From Eledone cirrhosa (taxonomy: Eukaryota), in assembly GCA_964016885.1 (NCBI GenBank), contig OZ024759.1, forward strand, positions 20,956,001 through 21,020,000: a DNA stretch of 64,000 bases. The letters are read 5' to 3'. Below the pieces are notes generated by a model. It was given only the letters and a program-made list of their open reading frames with translations, did no database searches and was not told the origin of the DNA. Shown here piece by piece: positions 43,339 through 56,642 of the stretch; position 1 is the stretch's first letter, and each line of letters begins with the position of its first letter. The position numbers and the translations under genes are program-made.

Positions 43339-43710
43339 TGTATGTATATGTGTGTGTGAGTGTGTATATATATATATATAGTGTATGTATGTGTGAGTGT
43401 GTATATATATATATACATATATAGTGTATGTATATGTGTGTGTGTGTGTATGTATATATATATATTGTGTATGTATGTGTGTGTATGTATATATATATAG
43501 TGTATGTATATATGTATGTGTATATATATATAGTGAGTATATGTATGTATGTATATATATATATATATAGTGAGTATATATATATATATAGTGAGTATAT
43601 GTATATATAGTGAGTATATGTATATATATATAGTGAGTATATGTATGTATGTATATATATATATATATATATATATAGTGAGTATATGTATATATATATA
43701 TATATGTATG

Positions 43711-43748
<38 letters not shown>

Positions 43749-44610
43749 GTATATGTATATATATATATATATATAGTGAGTATATGTATATATATATATA
43801 TATAGTGAGTATATGTATATATATATATATAGTGAGTATATGTATGTATGTATATATATATATATATATATATAGTGAGTATATGTATGTATTTATATAT
43901 ATATATAGTGAGTATATGTATATATATATATATATAGTGAGTATATGTATGTATATATATATATAGTGAGTATATGTATATATATATAGTGAGTATATGT
44001 ATATATATAGTGAGTATATGTATATATATAGTGAGTATATGTATATATATAGAGTATATGTATATGTATATATATAGAGTATATGTATATATATATATAT
44101 ATAGTGAGTATATGTATATATATATATATAGTGACCATATGCATATATATATATATATAGTGAGTATATATGTATGTATGTATATATGTGTGTGTATATA
44201 TATATATATATATAGTGAGTGTATGTATATATATATATATATATGTGTGTGTACAGTTGACAGGCTACTTTAATCTCGGGACTCAGTAGACCAGACATAT
44301 ACATTAAAGGACTCAATACGAGGGAAATGGAACGATTAATGTTTTTTTTATATAATTTTTAGTTGTTTTACAGAAGTTCTTTGGTTTCTGATATAACACA
44401 CACACACACACGCACACGCACACGCACACACACACACACACGCACACACACACGCACACACACATACATGCACACACACATACACCCATTGGTGAACCCA
44501 CACATATATATATACCTACATATATATGTATGTATATACGTATATTTATACATATATACATATGTACATGTACATCTTATAAATTCCCATTTTCATTATA
44601 TAAATATATG

Positions 44611-44725
<115 letters not shown>

Positions 44726-44728
44726 ATT

Positions 44729-44800
<72 letters not shown>

Positions 44801-45216
44801 TTTATATATATATATATATATATATACATATATTTATATATATATATATATATATATACATATATTTATATATATATATATATATATATACATATATTTA
44901 TATATATATATATATATACATATATTTATATATATATATATATACATATATTTATATATATATATACATATACATATATTTATATATATATATATATATA
45001 TACATATATTTATATATATATATATATATATATACATATATTTATATATATATATATATATATACATATATTTATATATATATATATATATATACATATA
45101 TTTATATATATATATATATATATACATATATTTATATATATATATATATATATATACATATATTTATATATATATATATATATATACATATATTTATATA
45201 TATATATATATACTTA

Positions 45217-45253
<37 letters not shown>

Positions 45254-45297
45254 CGTAAATAAGAAAATTATAAAATTAACTTACTTACTAAAAAATC

Positions 45298-45380
45298 ACT
45301 TCCAACTAATTAGTTTCTGGAATGGAGTAAATATATTTTCCGAAGAAACTTATAGAAAATCATTCCGTCATCAGGAAAGT
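45298..45380 (-). ncRNA. Type I hammerhead ribozyme, inverted copy
   Basis: Exact reverse complement of 46189-46271. Confidence 0.78.
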
Positions 45381-46188
45381 CTTTTTCCGTATAGGTCTCC
45401 AGGCATAGCGAGGACACTGGAAACTTATTAAAAAAATAATTCAGTGGAATGGAAATAGCGATGCGTGGACTGGATTCCAAGCCATTGAAAAAATCACTGC
45501 CTCTACGTCCGTGGCAAATTCAAAAAGAATCAATCACGTGACATCGAGGTCAATCAGTGGAAAGCGAGTGGTTATTAAGACAGCGGCCAGCTTACTACCA
45601 TAGTAGCAGTCATGGCCAAATATTGCTCGACAAATGAATTGGAGATAATTATAAGGAATTTATATCTAGTAACATTTATATACACACAGATGCATATCAA
45701 TGCTAGCAAATATATAGGTTTTGTCTTATTAACAATGTGGTTCAATGCATTTTTTAGTAAGTAAGTTAATTTTATAATTTTCTTATTTACGTCTCTCATA
45801 TTATCGTTCTGCAACCCCATGCATTGAACCACATTGTTAATAAGACAAAACCTATATATTTGCTAGCATTGATATGCATCTGTGTGTATATAAATGTTAC
45901 TAGATATAAATTCCTTATAATTATCTCCAATTCATTTGTCGAGCAATATTTGGCCATGACTGCTACTATGGTAGTAAGCTGGCCGCTGTCTTAATAACCA
46001 CTCGCTTTCCACTGATTGACCTCGATGTCACGTGATTGATTCTTTTTGAATTTGCCACGGACGTAGAGGCAGTGATTTTTTCAATGGCTTGGAATCCAGT
46101 CCACGCATCGCTATTTCCATTCCACTGAATTATTTTTTTAATAAGTTTCCAGTGTCCTCGCTATGCCTGGAGACCTATACGGAAAAAG

Positions 46189-46271
46189 ACTTTCCTGATG
46201 ACGGAATGATTTTCTATAAGTTTCTTCGGAAAATATATTTACTCCATTCCAGAAACTAATTAGTTGGAAGT
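46189..46271 (+). ncRNA. Type I hammerhead ribozyme with extended stem II
   Basis: ACTTTC-CTGATGA-C-GGAATG...CATTCC-A-GAAAC-TAATTA-GTT^GGAAGT. Stem I is ACTTTC/GGAAGT and stem III is the palindrome ACTAATTAGT. Predicted cleavage after 46265. Confidence 0.8.
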
Positions 46272-46436
46272 GATTTTTTAGTAAGTAAGTTAATTTTATA
46301 ATTTTCTTATTTACGTCTCTCATATTATCGTTCTGCAACCCCATGCATTGAACCACATTGTTAATAAGACAAAACCTATATATTTGCTAGCATTGATATG
46401 CATCTGTGTGTATATAAATGTTACTAGATATAAATT

Positions 46437-46473
<37 letters not shown>

Positions 46474-46693
46474 TTTATCTGTGTATATTTATAGTTGTAT
46501 GTGTATATATGCATATATATATGTATATTGTATGTGTATGTATATATGCATATTGTATGTGTATGTATATATATATATATATATATGTATATTGTATGTA
46601 TGTATATTGTATGTATATATATATATGTATATTGAATGTATATATATATTGAATGTATATGTATAGTGTATGTACATATATATATATATATAT

Positions 46694-46745
<52 letters not shown>

Positions 46746-46780
46746 ATATATATATATATATTGTATATATATATATATAT

Positions 46781-46816
<36 letters not shown>

Positions 46817-46874
46817 ATATATATATATATATTGTATATATATATATATATATATATATTGTATATATATATAT

Positions 46875-46905
<31 letters not shown>

Positions 46906-46907
46906 TG

Positions 46908-46938
<31 letters not shown>

Positions 46939-47212
46939 ATAATTATGTTTATGTGTATATGTATATATATACATATATACATACATATATATATATATAT
47001 ATATGTGTATGTATATATATAACTATCGTTAACGTTCATATAGTAAATGGGCCTCTCACCACCCCTATCCACCCACTGTCCTCTCACCACCCCTATCCAC
47101 CTACTGTCCCCTATTAAACCCTAAAAACTTTGTCAAGAGATAATGATCAAATGTAAAACCAACAGACCGACAGATAGAACTATATCTTCTACGTATATTA
47201 CTAGTTTACCGC

Positions 47213-49480
47213 CATTACACTGCACTGAACTACACCCTACACTGCACTGAACTACACCCTACACTGCACTGAACTACACCCTACACTACACTGAACTACA
47301 GCCTACACTGCACTGAACTACACCCTACACTACACTGAACTACACCCTACACTACACTGAACTACAGCCTACACTGCACTGAACTATAGCCTACACTGCA
47401 CTGAACTACAGCCCACTGCACTGAACTACACCCTACACTGCACTGAACTACACCCTACACTACACTGAACTACAGCCTACACTGCACTGAACTACACCCT
47501 ACACTGCACTGAACTACACCCTACACTGCACTGAACTACACCCTACACTGCACTGAACTACACCCTACACTGCACTGAACTACAGCCTACACTGCACTGA
47601 ACTACAGCCTACACTGCACTGAACTACACCCTACACTGCACTGAACTACACCCTACACTACACTGAACTACAGCCTACACTGCACTGAACTACAGCCTAC
47701 ACTGCACTGAACTACAGCCTACACTGCACTGAACTACAGCCTACACTGCACTGAACTACAGCCTACACTGCACTGAACTACACCCTACACTGCACTCAAC
47801 TACACCCTACACTGCACTGAACTACAGCCTACACTGCACTGAACTACACCCTACACTGCACTGAACTACAGCCTGCACTGAACTACAGCCTACACTGCAC
47901 TGAACTACAGCCTACACTGCACTGAACTACAGCCTACACTGCACTGAACTACACCCTACACTGCACTGAACTACACCCTACACTGCACTGAACTACAGCC
48001 TACACTACACTGAACTACACCCTACACTGCACTGAACTACACCCTACACTGCACTGAACTACACCCTACACTGCACTGAACTACAGCCTACACTGCACTG
48101 AACTACACCCTACACTGCACTGAACTACACCCTACACTGCACTGAACTACAGCCTACACTGCACTGAACTACACCCTACACTACACTGAACTACACCCTA
48201 CACTGCACTGAACTACACCCTACACTGCACTGAACTACACCCTACACTGCACTGAACTACACCCTACGCTACACTGAACTACAGCCTACACTGCACTGAA
48301 CTACACCCTACACTGCACTGATCTACACCCTACACTGCACTGAACTACAGCCTACACTGCACTGAACTACACCCTACACTGCACTGAACTACAGCCTACA
48401 CTGCACTGAACTACAGCCTACACTGCACTGAACTACAGCCTACACTGCACTGAACTACAGCCTACACTGCACTGAACTACAGCCTACACTGCACTGAACT
48501 ACACCCTACACTGCACTGAACTACACCCTACACTGCACTGAACTACAGCCTACACTGCACTGAACTACACCCTACACTGCACTGAACTACAGCCTGCACT
48601 GAACTACAGCCTACACTGCACTGAACTACAGCCTACACTGCACTGAACTACAGCCTACACTGCACTGAACTACAGCCTACACTGCACTGAACTACACCCT
48701 ACACTGCACTGAACTACAGCCTACACTACACTGAACTACAGCCTACACTGCACTGAACTACAGCCTACACTGCACTGAACTACAGCCTACACTGCACTGA
48801 ACTACAGCCTACACTGCACTGAACTACACCCTACACTGCACTGAACTACAGCCTACACTGCACTGAACTACACCCTACACTACACTGAACTACAGCCTAC
48901 ACTGCACTGAACTACACCCTACACTACACTGAACTACAGCCTACACTGCACTGAACTACAGCCTACACTGCACTGAACTACACCCTACACTACACTGAAC
49001 TACACCCTACACTACACTGAACTACAGCCTACACTGCACTGATCTACACCCTACACTACACTGAACTACACCCTACACTGCACTGAACTACAGCCTACAC
49101 TGCACTGAACTACACCCTACACTACACTGAACTACACCCTACACTACACTGAACTACACCCTACACTACACTGAACTACACCCTACACTGCACTGATCTA
49201 CACCCTACACTACACTGAACTACAGCCTACACTGCACTGATCTACACCCTACACTACACTGAACTACAGCCATTACACTGCACTGAATTACACCCTACAC
49301 TACACTGAACTACAGCCTACACTACACTGAACTACAGCCATTACACTGCACTGAACTACAGCCATTACACTGCACTGAACTATAGCCTACACTGCACTGA
49401 ACTACAGCCTATACTACACTGAACTACAGCCATTACACCACACTGTAGCCACTACACTACACTACACTACACTGAACTGC
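47213..49480. repeat. 22-bp minisatellite TGCACTGAACTACA(C/G)CCTACAC, ~100 units
   Basis: Period 22 (47221, 47243, ...) with two main polymorphic positions. It decays into 5-bp CTACA-type repeats at the right edge. Confidence 0.97.
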
Positions 49481-49731
49481 AGCCTACACTACACCACAGC
49501 CACCACAATACATTTTACCCACTACACTACAGTGTAGTCATTACGCCACAGTCATTACAGTGTAGTCGTTACACCTCACCACAGAACACTGCAATGTAAC
49601 CACATTATACCACAACACAATGTACTGCAGCCCCTACAGTACATTACACAATAGCCACCACACCACACCTCATTATAGCCACACTACACAGTTGCCTCAC
49701 CACGCACACACTATATATATATATATATCGC

Positions 49732-49830
49732 ATCACCAGTCTGAGGAGCAGATCGATACTTGAATCAGGTCCATATTTCCTATGCGTCACCTTGATCCAA
49801 TCCTCTGCGAAACGCGCGTAACAGGTCGAT
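49732..49830 (+). ncRNA. Type I hammerhead ribozyme in a (TA)n-flanked ~155-bp insert
   Basis: ATCACCAGT-CTGAGGA-GCAGA...TCTGC-GAAAC-GCGC-GTA^ACAGGTCGAT. Stem III is the palindrome ACGCGCGT and stem I has one A-A mismatch. Confidence 0.82.
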
Positions 49831-49882
49831 ACGCAATAAATATTTTTCATATGTAAACGAACGTTCCTCATTTTTTATTTTG

Positions 49883-50015
<133 letters not shown>

Positions 50016-50267
50016 GACGACCGGCTAAAGTGGAAGATGCTAGATGGTTGGTCGTCCTCGGGTCTATGATTTTCAGCCCCATGGATTTTATCTGTTACAT
50101 TCATTTATTATATTTCGAATACCTGATGATATCACCGGATTCATACCTAACTAGTCCAGCGTTGCTATTTATGAAGATTCGAGCTTTCTGTTTGTCAGCT
50201 AAAAGATGTCTCTACTTTCTTTATATGAAGAGCGAACACAGAGACAGATAGCATATATATATATATA

Positions 50268-50507
50268 ATAAAATAACAGGAGGCGGGACTGGTGTAAATC
50301 CTTGAGAGGTTTATAATAAACCTTTCAAGGATTTACACAAATCCAGCCTCCTGTTATTTTATCATAATATTTAACTCCGTACTCGCACCACCAACTACAC
50401 AAACGAAGACGAGTGAGCTGCTTTACGTTGAGTACTCTCCATATTATTACATCAAGATTGACCATACGGAATTGACCAGCTCTATCCAGTGGTGAACCTT
50501 CAAACCT
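50268..50507 (+). mobile_element. Hairpin (50268-50362) plus 145-bp tail between (TA)n and (TAGA)n
   Basis: ATAAAATAACAGGAGGC...TGTAAATCCTTGA / TCAAGGATTTACA...GCCTCCTGTTATTTTAT. The tail shares AACTACA and GTGAGCTG with the tail at 15952-16064. Confidence 0.7.
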
Positions 50508-50676
50508 ATAGATAGATAGATAGGAGGAAATGGTAGTTTACTTGAAGCATTGCGTAGTGAGGTATAAACGTTTGAAGTTAGAAGGCCAGTACAATGCAGG
50601 TATGGATATAGAATATAAATACAAATGCAAAAGATATCGCTGACAATTAGTCTTTTACCTTAAATTTATTTGAATA

Positions 50677-50713
50677 TCCTGATATTTCGAGATAATATCT
50701 CTTCTTCAGAGGG
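50677..50713 (-). ncRNA. Minimal hammerhead ribozyme (Penelope-type)
   Basis: CCCT-CTGAAGA-A-GAGAT(ATT)ATCTC-GAAAT-ATC^AGGA, with a short stem I. Confidence 0.65.
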
Positions 50714-50772
50714 AAGTAAAGGAGTTAATCCAGTGATCTAATTAGCTTACCAAGTCATGCTGACAGGAAAGA

Positions 50773-50829
<57 letters not shown>

Positions 50830-51191
50830 GGGGCCTGAGTCAAAAATAGCGCCCAGTTTCTGGGAATTCGTGCTCATGTTGTTGCTGTTAATGATTCCTT
50901 GGTGTTGTTGATATCTTTCTCTGAGTAACTTGATAGAGCTCTGCAAAGGTTGTGTGTCACTCTATACCGTCTCCATTGCAATTGTACAATGATCACAAGG
51001 CAGGGCAATTCGAACATTGAAACTAAAACAGCTTGTTTCAATTCCTTAATCCCTCAATTAATGGAATGATTTGAAATAATTTATTTGAAAACATGTCTTT
51101 CATTTATTTCTACTTTCTTGCACACAGTAATACAAATGACAATCAAACAACTAACTGACAGCCATAAAACAGGAATTCTCTAAGTCTAAAG

Positions 51192-52138
51192 CAGAACTTC
51201 TCAAACTTTTTAGGCTACTGCCCCCTTCACAGCCACGTAATACACTCAGCGCCCCAACCCTTTCTCCAGAGAGACCTGCCTACACGCAAATTGTAAATAA
51301 TTGTTTCCACTTTTAGCACAAGGCCACCAATTATCCCAGTTCATTACTGGTACTTTATTTTATCGACCCCGTAAGGATGAAAGGCAAATTTAACCCTGGC
51401 GGGATTTGAACTTAAACCGTAAAGGAGCGTAACTCTATGCTGCAAAGCATGGTGTCCGACGCTCTACCGATTCTGCCCATCCACCGTCCTATCATCATCA
51501 TCATCACCGTTTTACGTCCGTTCTTCCACGCTAGCATGGGTTAGATGGGTTGTCCTGTTGTGAGCAATGTCCGGTCGGCTGACCTTGTCTTGGTCATATG
51601 GGAACTGATTCTGGCTCGATTTCTACAGCTGGATGCCCTTCCTAACACCAACCTCATTTACAGTGAGTGCTGGGTGCTTTTTTTGCCGTGGCGCCTCCAT
51701 GACCACTTTGCAATGGAATGATAGGGATCCCAGTCCTATCATCTCATTTCTACAGCTGAGTAAACTGGAGCAATGTGAAATAAAGTGTCTTGCTCAAGGA
51801 AACAGCACATCACCCGGTCTGAGAATTAACTCACAACCTTTCGAGTGCAAGCCCAATTCTCTAACCACTAAGCCATGCGCCTATATATATAATATATAAT
51901 ATAATTGTTTCTACTTTTGGCACAAGACCAGCAATTACCCCAGTGCATTACTTGTACTTTATTTTATCGACCCCGTAAGGATGAAAGGCAAAGTTAACCA
52001 CGGCGGGATTTGAACTCAGAATGGCAAGGGCCATAACTCTATGCGTCAAAGCATGGCGTCCGACCCCTTACCGATACTGCCAATCCACCACCACATATGG
52101 TGTACTATGTATAAATAAATATTATATATTTTTTATTT

Positions 52139-52176
<38 letters not shown>

Positions 52177-52295
52177 CATTTGATATTTAATATACTATTA
52201 TATCATCTCGACTGTCCCCTCTAGAGACCCCAGCACCTCCTGGACATTCTCAACGCCCTCTGAGGGGCTGGTAGCGCCCACTTTGAGAATCTCTG
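51192..52295. mobile_element. hAT MITE with perfect 8-bp TSD, expanded by nested SINEs
   Basis: GTCTAAAG|CAGAACTTCTCAAA ... TTTGAGAATCTCTG|GTCTAAAG. Internal SINEs lie at ~51298-51490, ~51500-51880 and ~51902-52090, all on the minus strand. Confidence 0.85.
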
Positions 52296-52303
52296 GTCTA
52301 AAG

Positions 52304-52545
52304 TCTAAAGCCTGTCTTAAGCCAGGAGGCTCACCAAGTTGGTGCTTATCACCTTTTCGTGACTTAGAATACAAGACTTTCCCCCTGGACAGGACGCCAG
52401 TCTACCGCAGGGTTAAACCTCCAGTTATCGTTACTGGTACTCATTTTAAGCAGAGTATACTGGAGCAATGTGAAATGACACAACCCGGCCCAGGAATAGA
52501 ACCCACAACATTATGATCGTTAGTTAAACACCGTCACCACTAGGC
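52304..52545 (-). mobile_element. tRNA-derived SINE
   Basis: CCCCTGGACAGGACGCCAGTCTACCGCAGGGTTAA; homologous to 15370-15624. Confidence 0.7.
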
Positions 52546-53547
52546 CATAATGAAGATGATGATGATGGTGGTGGTGTGGTGTGGTTGATGATGATGGTGT
52601 GGTGTGGTGTGGTTGATGATGATGATGGTGGTGGTGTGGTGTGGTGTGGTTGATGATGATGGTGTGGTGTGGTTGATGATGATAGTGGTGGTGGTGGTGA
52701 TGATGATGATGGTGTGGTGTGGTGTGGTGTGGTTGATGATGATAGTGGTGGTGGTGGTGGTGGTGGTGGTGAAAGCGTTGATAGTAATGATAACGATGAT
52801 GATTACCATCTTGGAGCTGGTGATGATGGTGGTGGTGTTGATAGGGATGGTGGTGGTGGTGGTGGTGGTGGTGTTGATAGTGATGGTGATGATGGTGGTG
52901 CTGGTGGTGGTGGTGGTGGTGTTGATGGTGATGATGAGGAATATTATGAAGGTGGTGGTGGTGATAGTGTTGATGAGGGCGATAGTAATGTTGATGATAG
53001 TGATGATGGTGACAACAGTGATGATGGTGCTGGTGGTGATCGTGATGGTGATGGTGCTGGTGGTGATCGTGGTGATGATGATGATGATGATGGTGCTGGT
53101 GGTTGTGTTGATGGTGATGATGAATATTATGAAGGTGGTGGTGGTGGTAGTTATGATGATGGTGATGATAGCAATGCTGATAATGATGATGGCGTCGATG
53201 ATAAAGGAGAGTGGTTGGTGCCGGACGGGGGGGGGGGGACAGAGAGAAAAGTTTCGCTGTGTGGTGGCGCTAGTATTGAGTGCTTGCGGGTCGTTTTAGG
53301 TCGAGTGTGTCGCTGAACTAAACCAGAGGTAACTACACAGTACCCGACGCTAAATCTCGACCTGACCCTTACTTGATGACCCTTCAGCTTCTCCATCCAT
53401 GCCCCACCTATCTCTCCCTTTCCCTCTCCCCAAACCATCCATCTTCGGAAGGGAGTTGGTGGCCTTCAGTCACATTCAATTATGGAATTTCTTAAGAGAG
53501 ACAGACGCCGGGGCAGTTAAAAAAATCTCCTTCTCTCCAATAGAAAC

Positions 53548-53687
<140 letters not shown>

Positions 53688-53790
53688 ATCTGTGTGTGTG
53701 TATCTATATATATATATATATATGTGTCTGTGTATCTCTCTATATATGTGTGTGTACCTATATGTATATATATGTGTGTGTGTGTGTATA

Positions 53791-53876
<86 letters not shown>

Positions 53877-54094
53877 TAGTACAGAGAAATGACAAACGAC
53901 ACTTCACGAAAGTAAGGATATATTTGTGTGTGTTTACATACTTATGTATGTATATGCATATATATATATATATGGATGTATATATATGAATGTATGTATG
54001 TATATATATATATGGATGTATATATATGAATGTATGTATGTATATATTTATATGTATATATGTGTATATTATGTATGTATCTATATATGTATGC

Positions 54095-54153
<59 letters not shown>

Positions 54154-54416
54154 TATATATATATATATATCCCTTTATTTGATAAACAGTAGATTTTAGT
54201 TCGCCTGACACCGATCACTGGGTGGAACTCTTGTGACATTTATTCTTTACACGTACACACACATACAGAGAGAGGGGGGGTGCGAGGGGGCGAGGGTAAC
54301 CTAGGATTCACCATAGAACGGCAGTCACTATCACCATTCTCCATGTTGCCAATGTCATAGCACTGGTCTCCAATCAAACTCAGCAAACACAGAGATTGCT
54401 TAACTCTTATATACAG

Positions 54417-54471
<55 letters not shown>

Positions 54472-54512
54472 ATGATATTAATAAATGGAAACTATATTTA
54501 TAAAACCATATT

Positions 54513-54577
54513 TATTTTATTATATATATTTCAAGAGTACCCCAAAAAACTTTGGTACGCCCTCATCAGATAAAATA
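54513..54577 (-). ncRNA. Type I hammerhead ribozyme in (TA)n-flanked insert 54468-54652
   Basis: TATTTTAT-CTGATGA-GGGCGTACC...GGTACTCTT-GAAATATATATA^ATAAAATA. Stem I is a perfect 8 bp plus distal TTTATAAAAC/GTTTTATAAA. Confidence 0.72.
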
Positions 54578-55172
54578 CAAAATTTGTTTTATAAATAGTG
54601 ACATACCCGATAAACCAAACCTTATCGGTTCAGGTTCCATTGGATTATTACTATATATATATATATATATTTGTATTTATATATATATATATATATAGTA
54701 ATAATAATAATACTAGTAATAATAATAAATGTGAAGACTAAAATCCAAAGAGGGCTCGATACGGATAAATATATATCAAATATATAAGAACCCTAGAGCA
54801 AATAACAGAGCAATCCAACATTTGTTGATTCTTAAAGGAGCATAAATTAATTATGGTGCCTTTCCTGGACCCTATAAGTAAAATGTTATGCTAATTTAAT
54901 TTTATGTATTCAAATGAAGTTCAGATATTAAAAAAAAATAAGCTTTAAAAGAATTTATTATATGAAATAAAGAAAAAATAAAATATAGACGTTTGAAAAA
55001 GTGTGTGTGTGTGTGTGGCCCTTGGTGGCTAATATGTGGTTAATATACCGTAGTATTTAAAGCGTTAACTGAATGAGCACTCAATGCTGGTGAACACAAT
55101 GTAGAAATATATTCTTTCCTAAATAGATAAACAGTGACTTAGACGTTTCATATTAATCGCTTTATCTGGCTT

Positions 55173-55965
55173 AAGTTTCAGTTTGGTTACCTCATCAGGC
55201 CAGTTTTCTACTGAGAAAATAACTGAAGCTAATACTGATATCTAATTTAGACCAGACGAGCGACAGTGACCTCGAAGTTTCAGTTTGGTTACCTCATCAG
55301 GCCAGTTTTCTACTGAGAAAATAACTGTAGCTAATACTGATATCTAATTTAGACTAGACAAGCGACAGTGACCTCGAAGTTTCAGTTTGGTTACCTCATC
55401 AGGCCAGTTTTCTACTGAGAAAATAACTGAAGCTAATACTGACATCTAATTTAGACTAGACGAGCGACAGTGACCTCGAAGTTTCAGTTTGGTTACCTCA
55501 TCAGGCCAGTTTTCTACTGAGAAAATAACTGTAGCTAATACTGATATCTAATTTAGACTAGACAAGCGACAGTGACCTCGAAGTTTCAGTTTGGTTACCT
55601 CATCAGGCCAGTTTTCTACTGAGAAAATAACTGAAGCTAATACTGACATCTAATTTAGACTAGACGAGCGACAGTGACCTCGAAGTTTCAGTTTGGTTAC
55701 CTCATCAGGCCAGTTTTCTACTGAGAAAATAACTGAAGCTAATACTGACATCTAATTTAGACTAGACGAGCGACAGTGACCTCGAAGTTTCAGTTTGGTT
55801 ACCTCATCAGGCCAGTTTTCTACTGAGAAAATAACTGAAGCTAATACTGATATCTAATTTAGACTAGACGAGCGACAGTGACCTCGAAGTTTCAGTTTGG
55901 TTACATCATCAGTAAGTAATGAATTTTCTACTTAGAAAATAACTGAAGCTAATACTGATATCTTA
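55173..55965 (-). repeat. 102-bp tandem repeat (~7.7 units), each unit carrying a hammerhead core
   Basis: AAGTTTCAG starts at 55173, 55275, 55377, ... 55887. The minus strand reads CTGGC-CTGATGA-GGT(AACCAA)ACT-GAAAC-TTCGAG-GTC across the unit junction. Confidence 0.88.
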
Positions 55966-56156
55966 TTTAGGCACAAGGCCTGCAATTTGTGGGGTAAGGA
56001 AAGTCGTTTATATCGATCCCAGTATTTCACTGATACTTTACAATTCATAGTTCCAGTGTCGATAAAATAAAGTTGACCTCGGTCGTATTTCGAGCCAGAA
56101 CAAATACCGCAAAGAATTTGTCCGACATTCAGATGTCTCTGCTAATTTACCACCCT
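55966..56156 (-). mobile_element. tRNA-derived SINE, diverged
   Basis: GGCACAAGGCCTGCAATT...AAGTTGACCTCGG...TTTCGAGCCAG. Its first ~80 bp are identical to 57243-57322. Confidence 0.75.
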
Positions 56157-56469
56157 TAAATTGATAATAAACCCTCAGTGAAGACTTAGGCGGTGCGTGT
56201 GTTTTTATTAGCAGCATGTCTCTTCCCATAGTATAACAAAGCTAGTTCGGCTGCCTCCGTACTGTTAATTCTTTGCTTTTTTTTGTTCTTATTATTGGTG
56301 TGTTTCATCAGTAAGGATTACTTAATTATATCTATTATGTTCATACGGTCTAATGACGTCAAAGATTGTATTGCGTCATGGTCTGATGGCGTAATTAATT
56401 GACCACGGAAATACATATTATGTAATAATAAAAGAAGTTAGTGGAATCAGGCCTTCGCATGTTTTTCAT

Positions 56470-56511
<42 letters not shown>

Positions 56512-56642
56512 CAGAGTAGGACCAGATCGATACAGATCGAACCTTGAGTTGATCAATAGCGAAACACACATCACCAATCAATAAGCGTAATGAAGGCATA
56601 ACAAATTGTCCTTGTATTATCATTATTATATATATATATATA

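Larger units (their letters stand above)
45246..46440. mobile_element. 524-bp hammerhead-containing unit arranged as inverted arms in (TA)n
   Basis: Left arm 45246-45750 is ~0.96 unit in minus sense. Right arm 45749-46440 is ~1.3 units, with 45749-45916 repeated at 46273-46440. The arms look identical. Confidence 0.9.

Noticed and set aside
45246-45431. Short ORFs in the 524-bp unit (61-85 aa)
   Set aside because: They are antisense to the ribozyme strand, short, and have no recognisable motif. Their repetition simply reflects the duplication.
52669-53316. Gly/Asp-rich ORF resembling a structural protein
   Set aside because: It derives from GGT/GAT trinucleotide repeats, overlapping frames are also open, and there is no ATG start, signal peptide or splice support.
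56285-56400. CTGATGAAAC on the minus strand (also on the plus strand at 22561)
   Set aside because: CTGATGA and GAAA overlap with no stem II between them, so a hammerhead cannot form.
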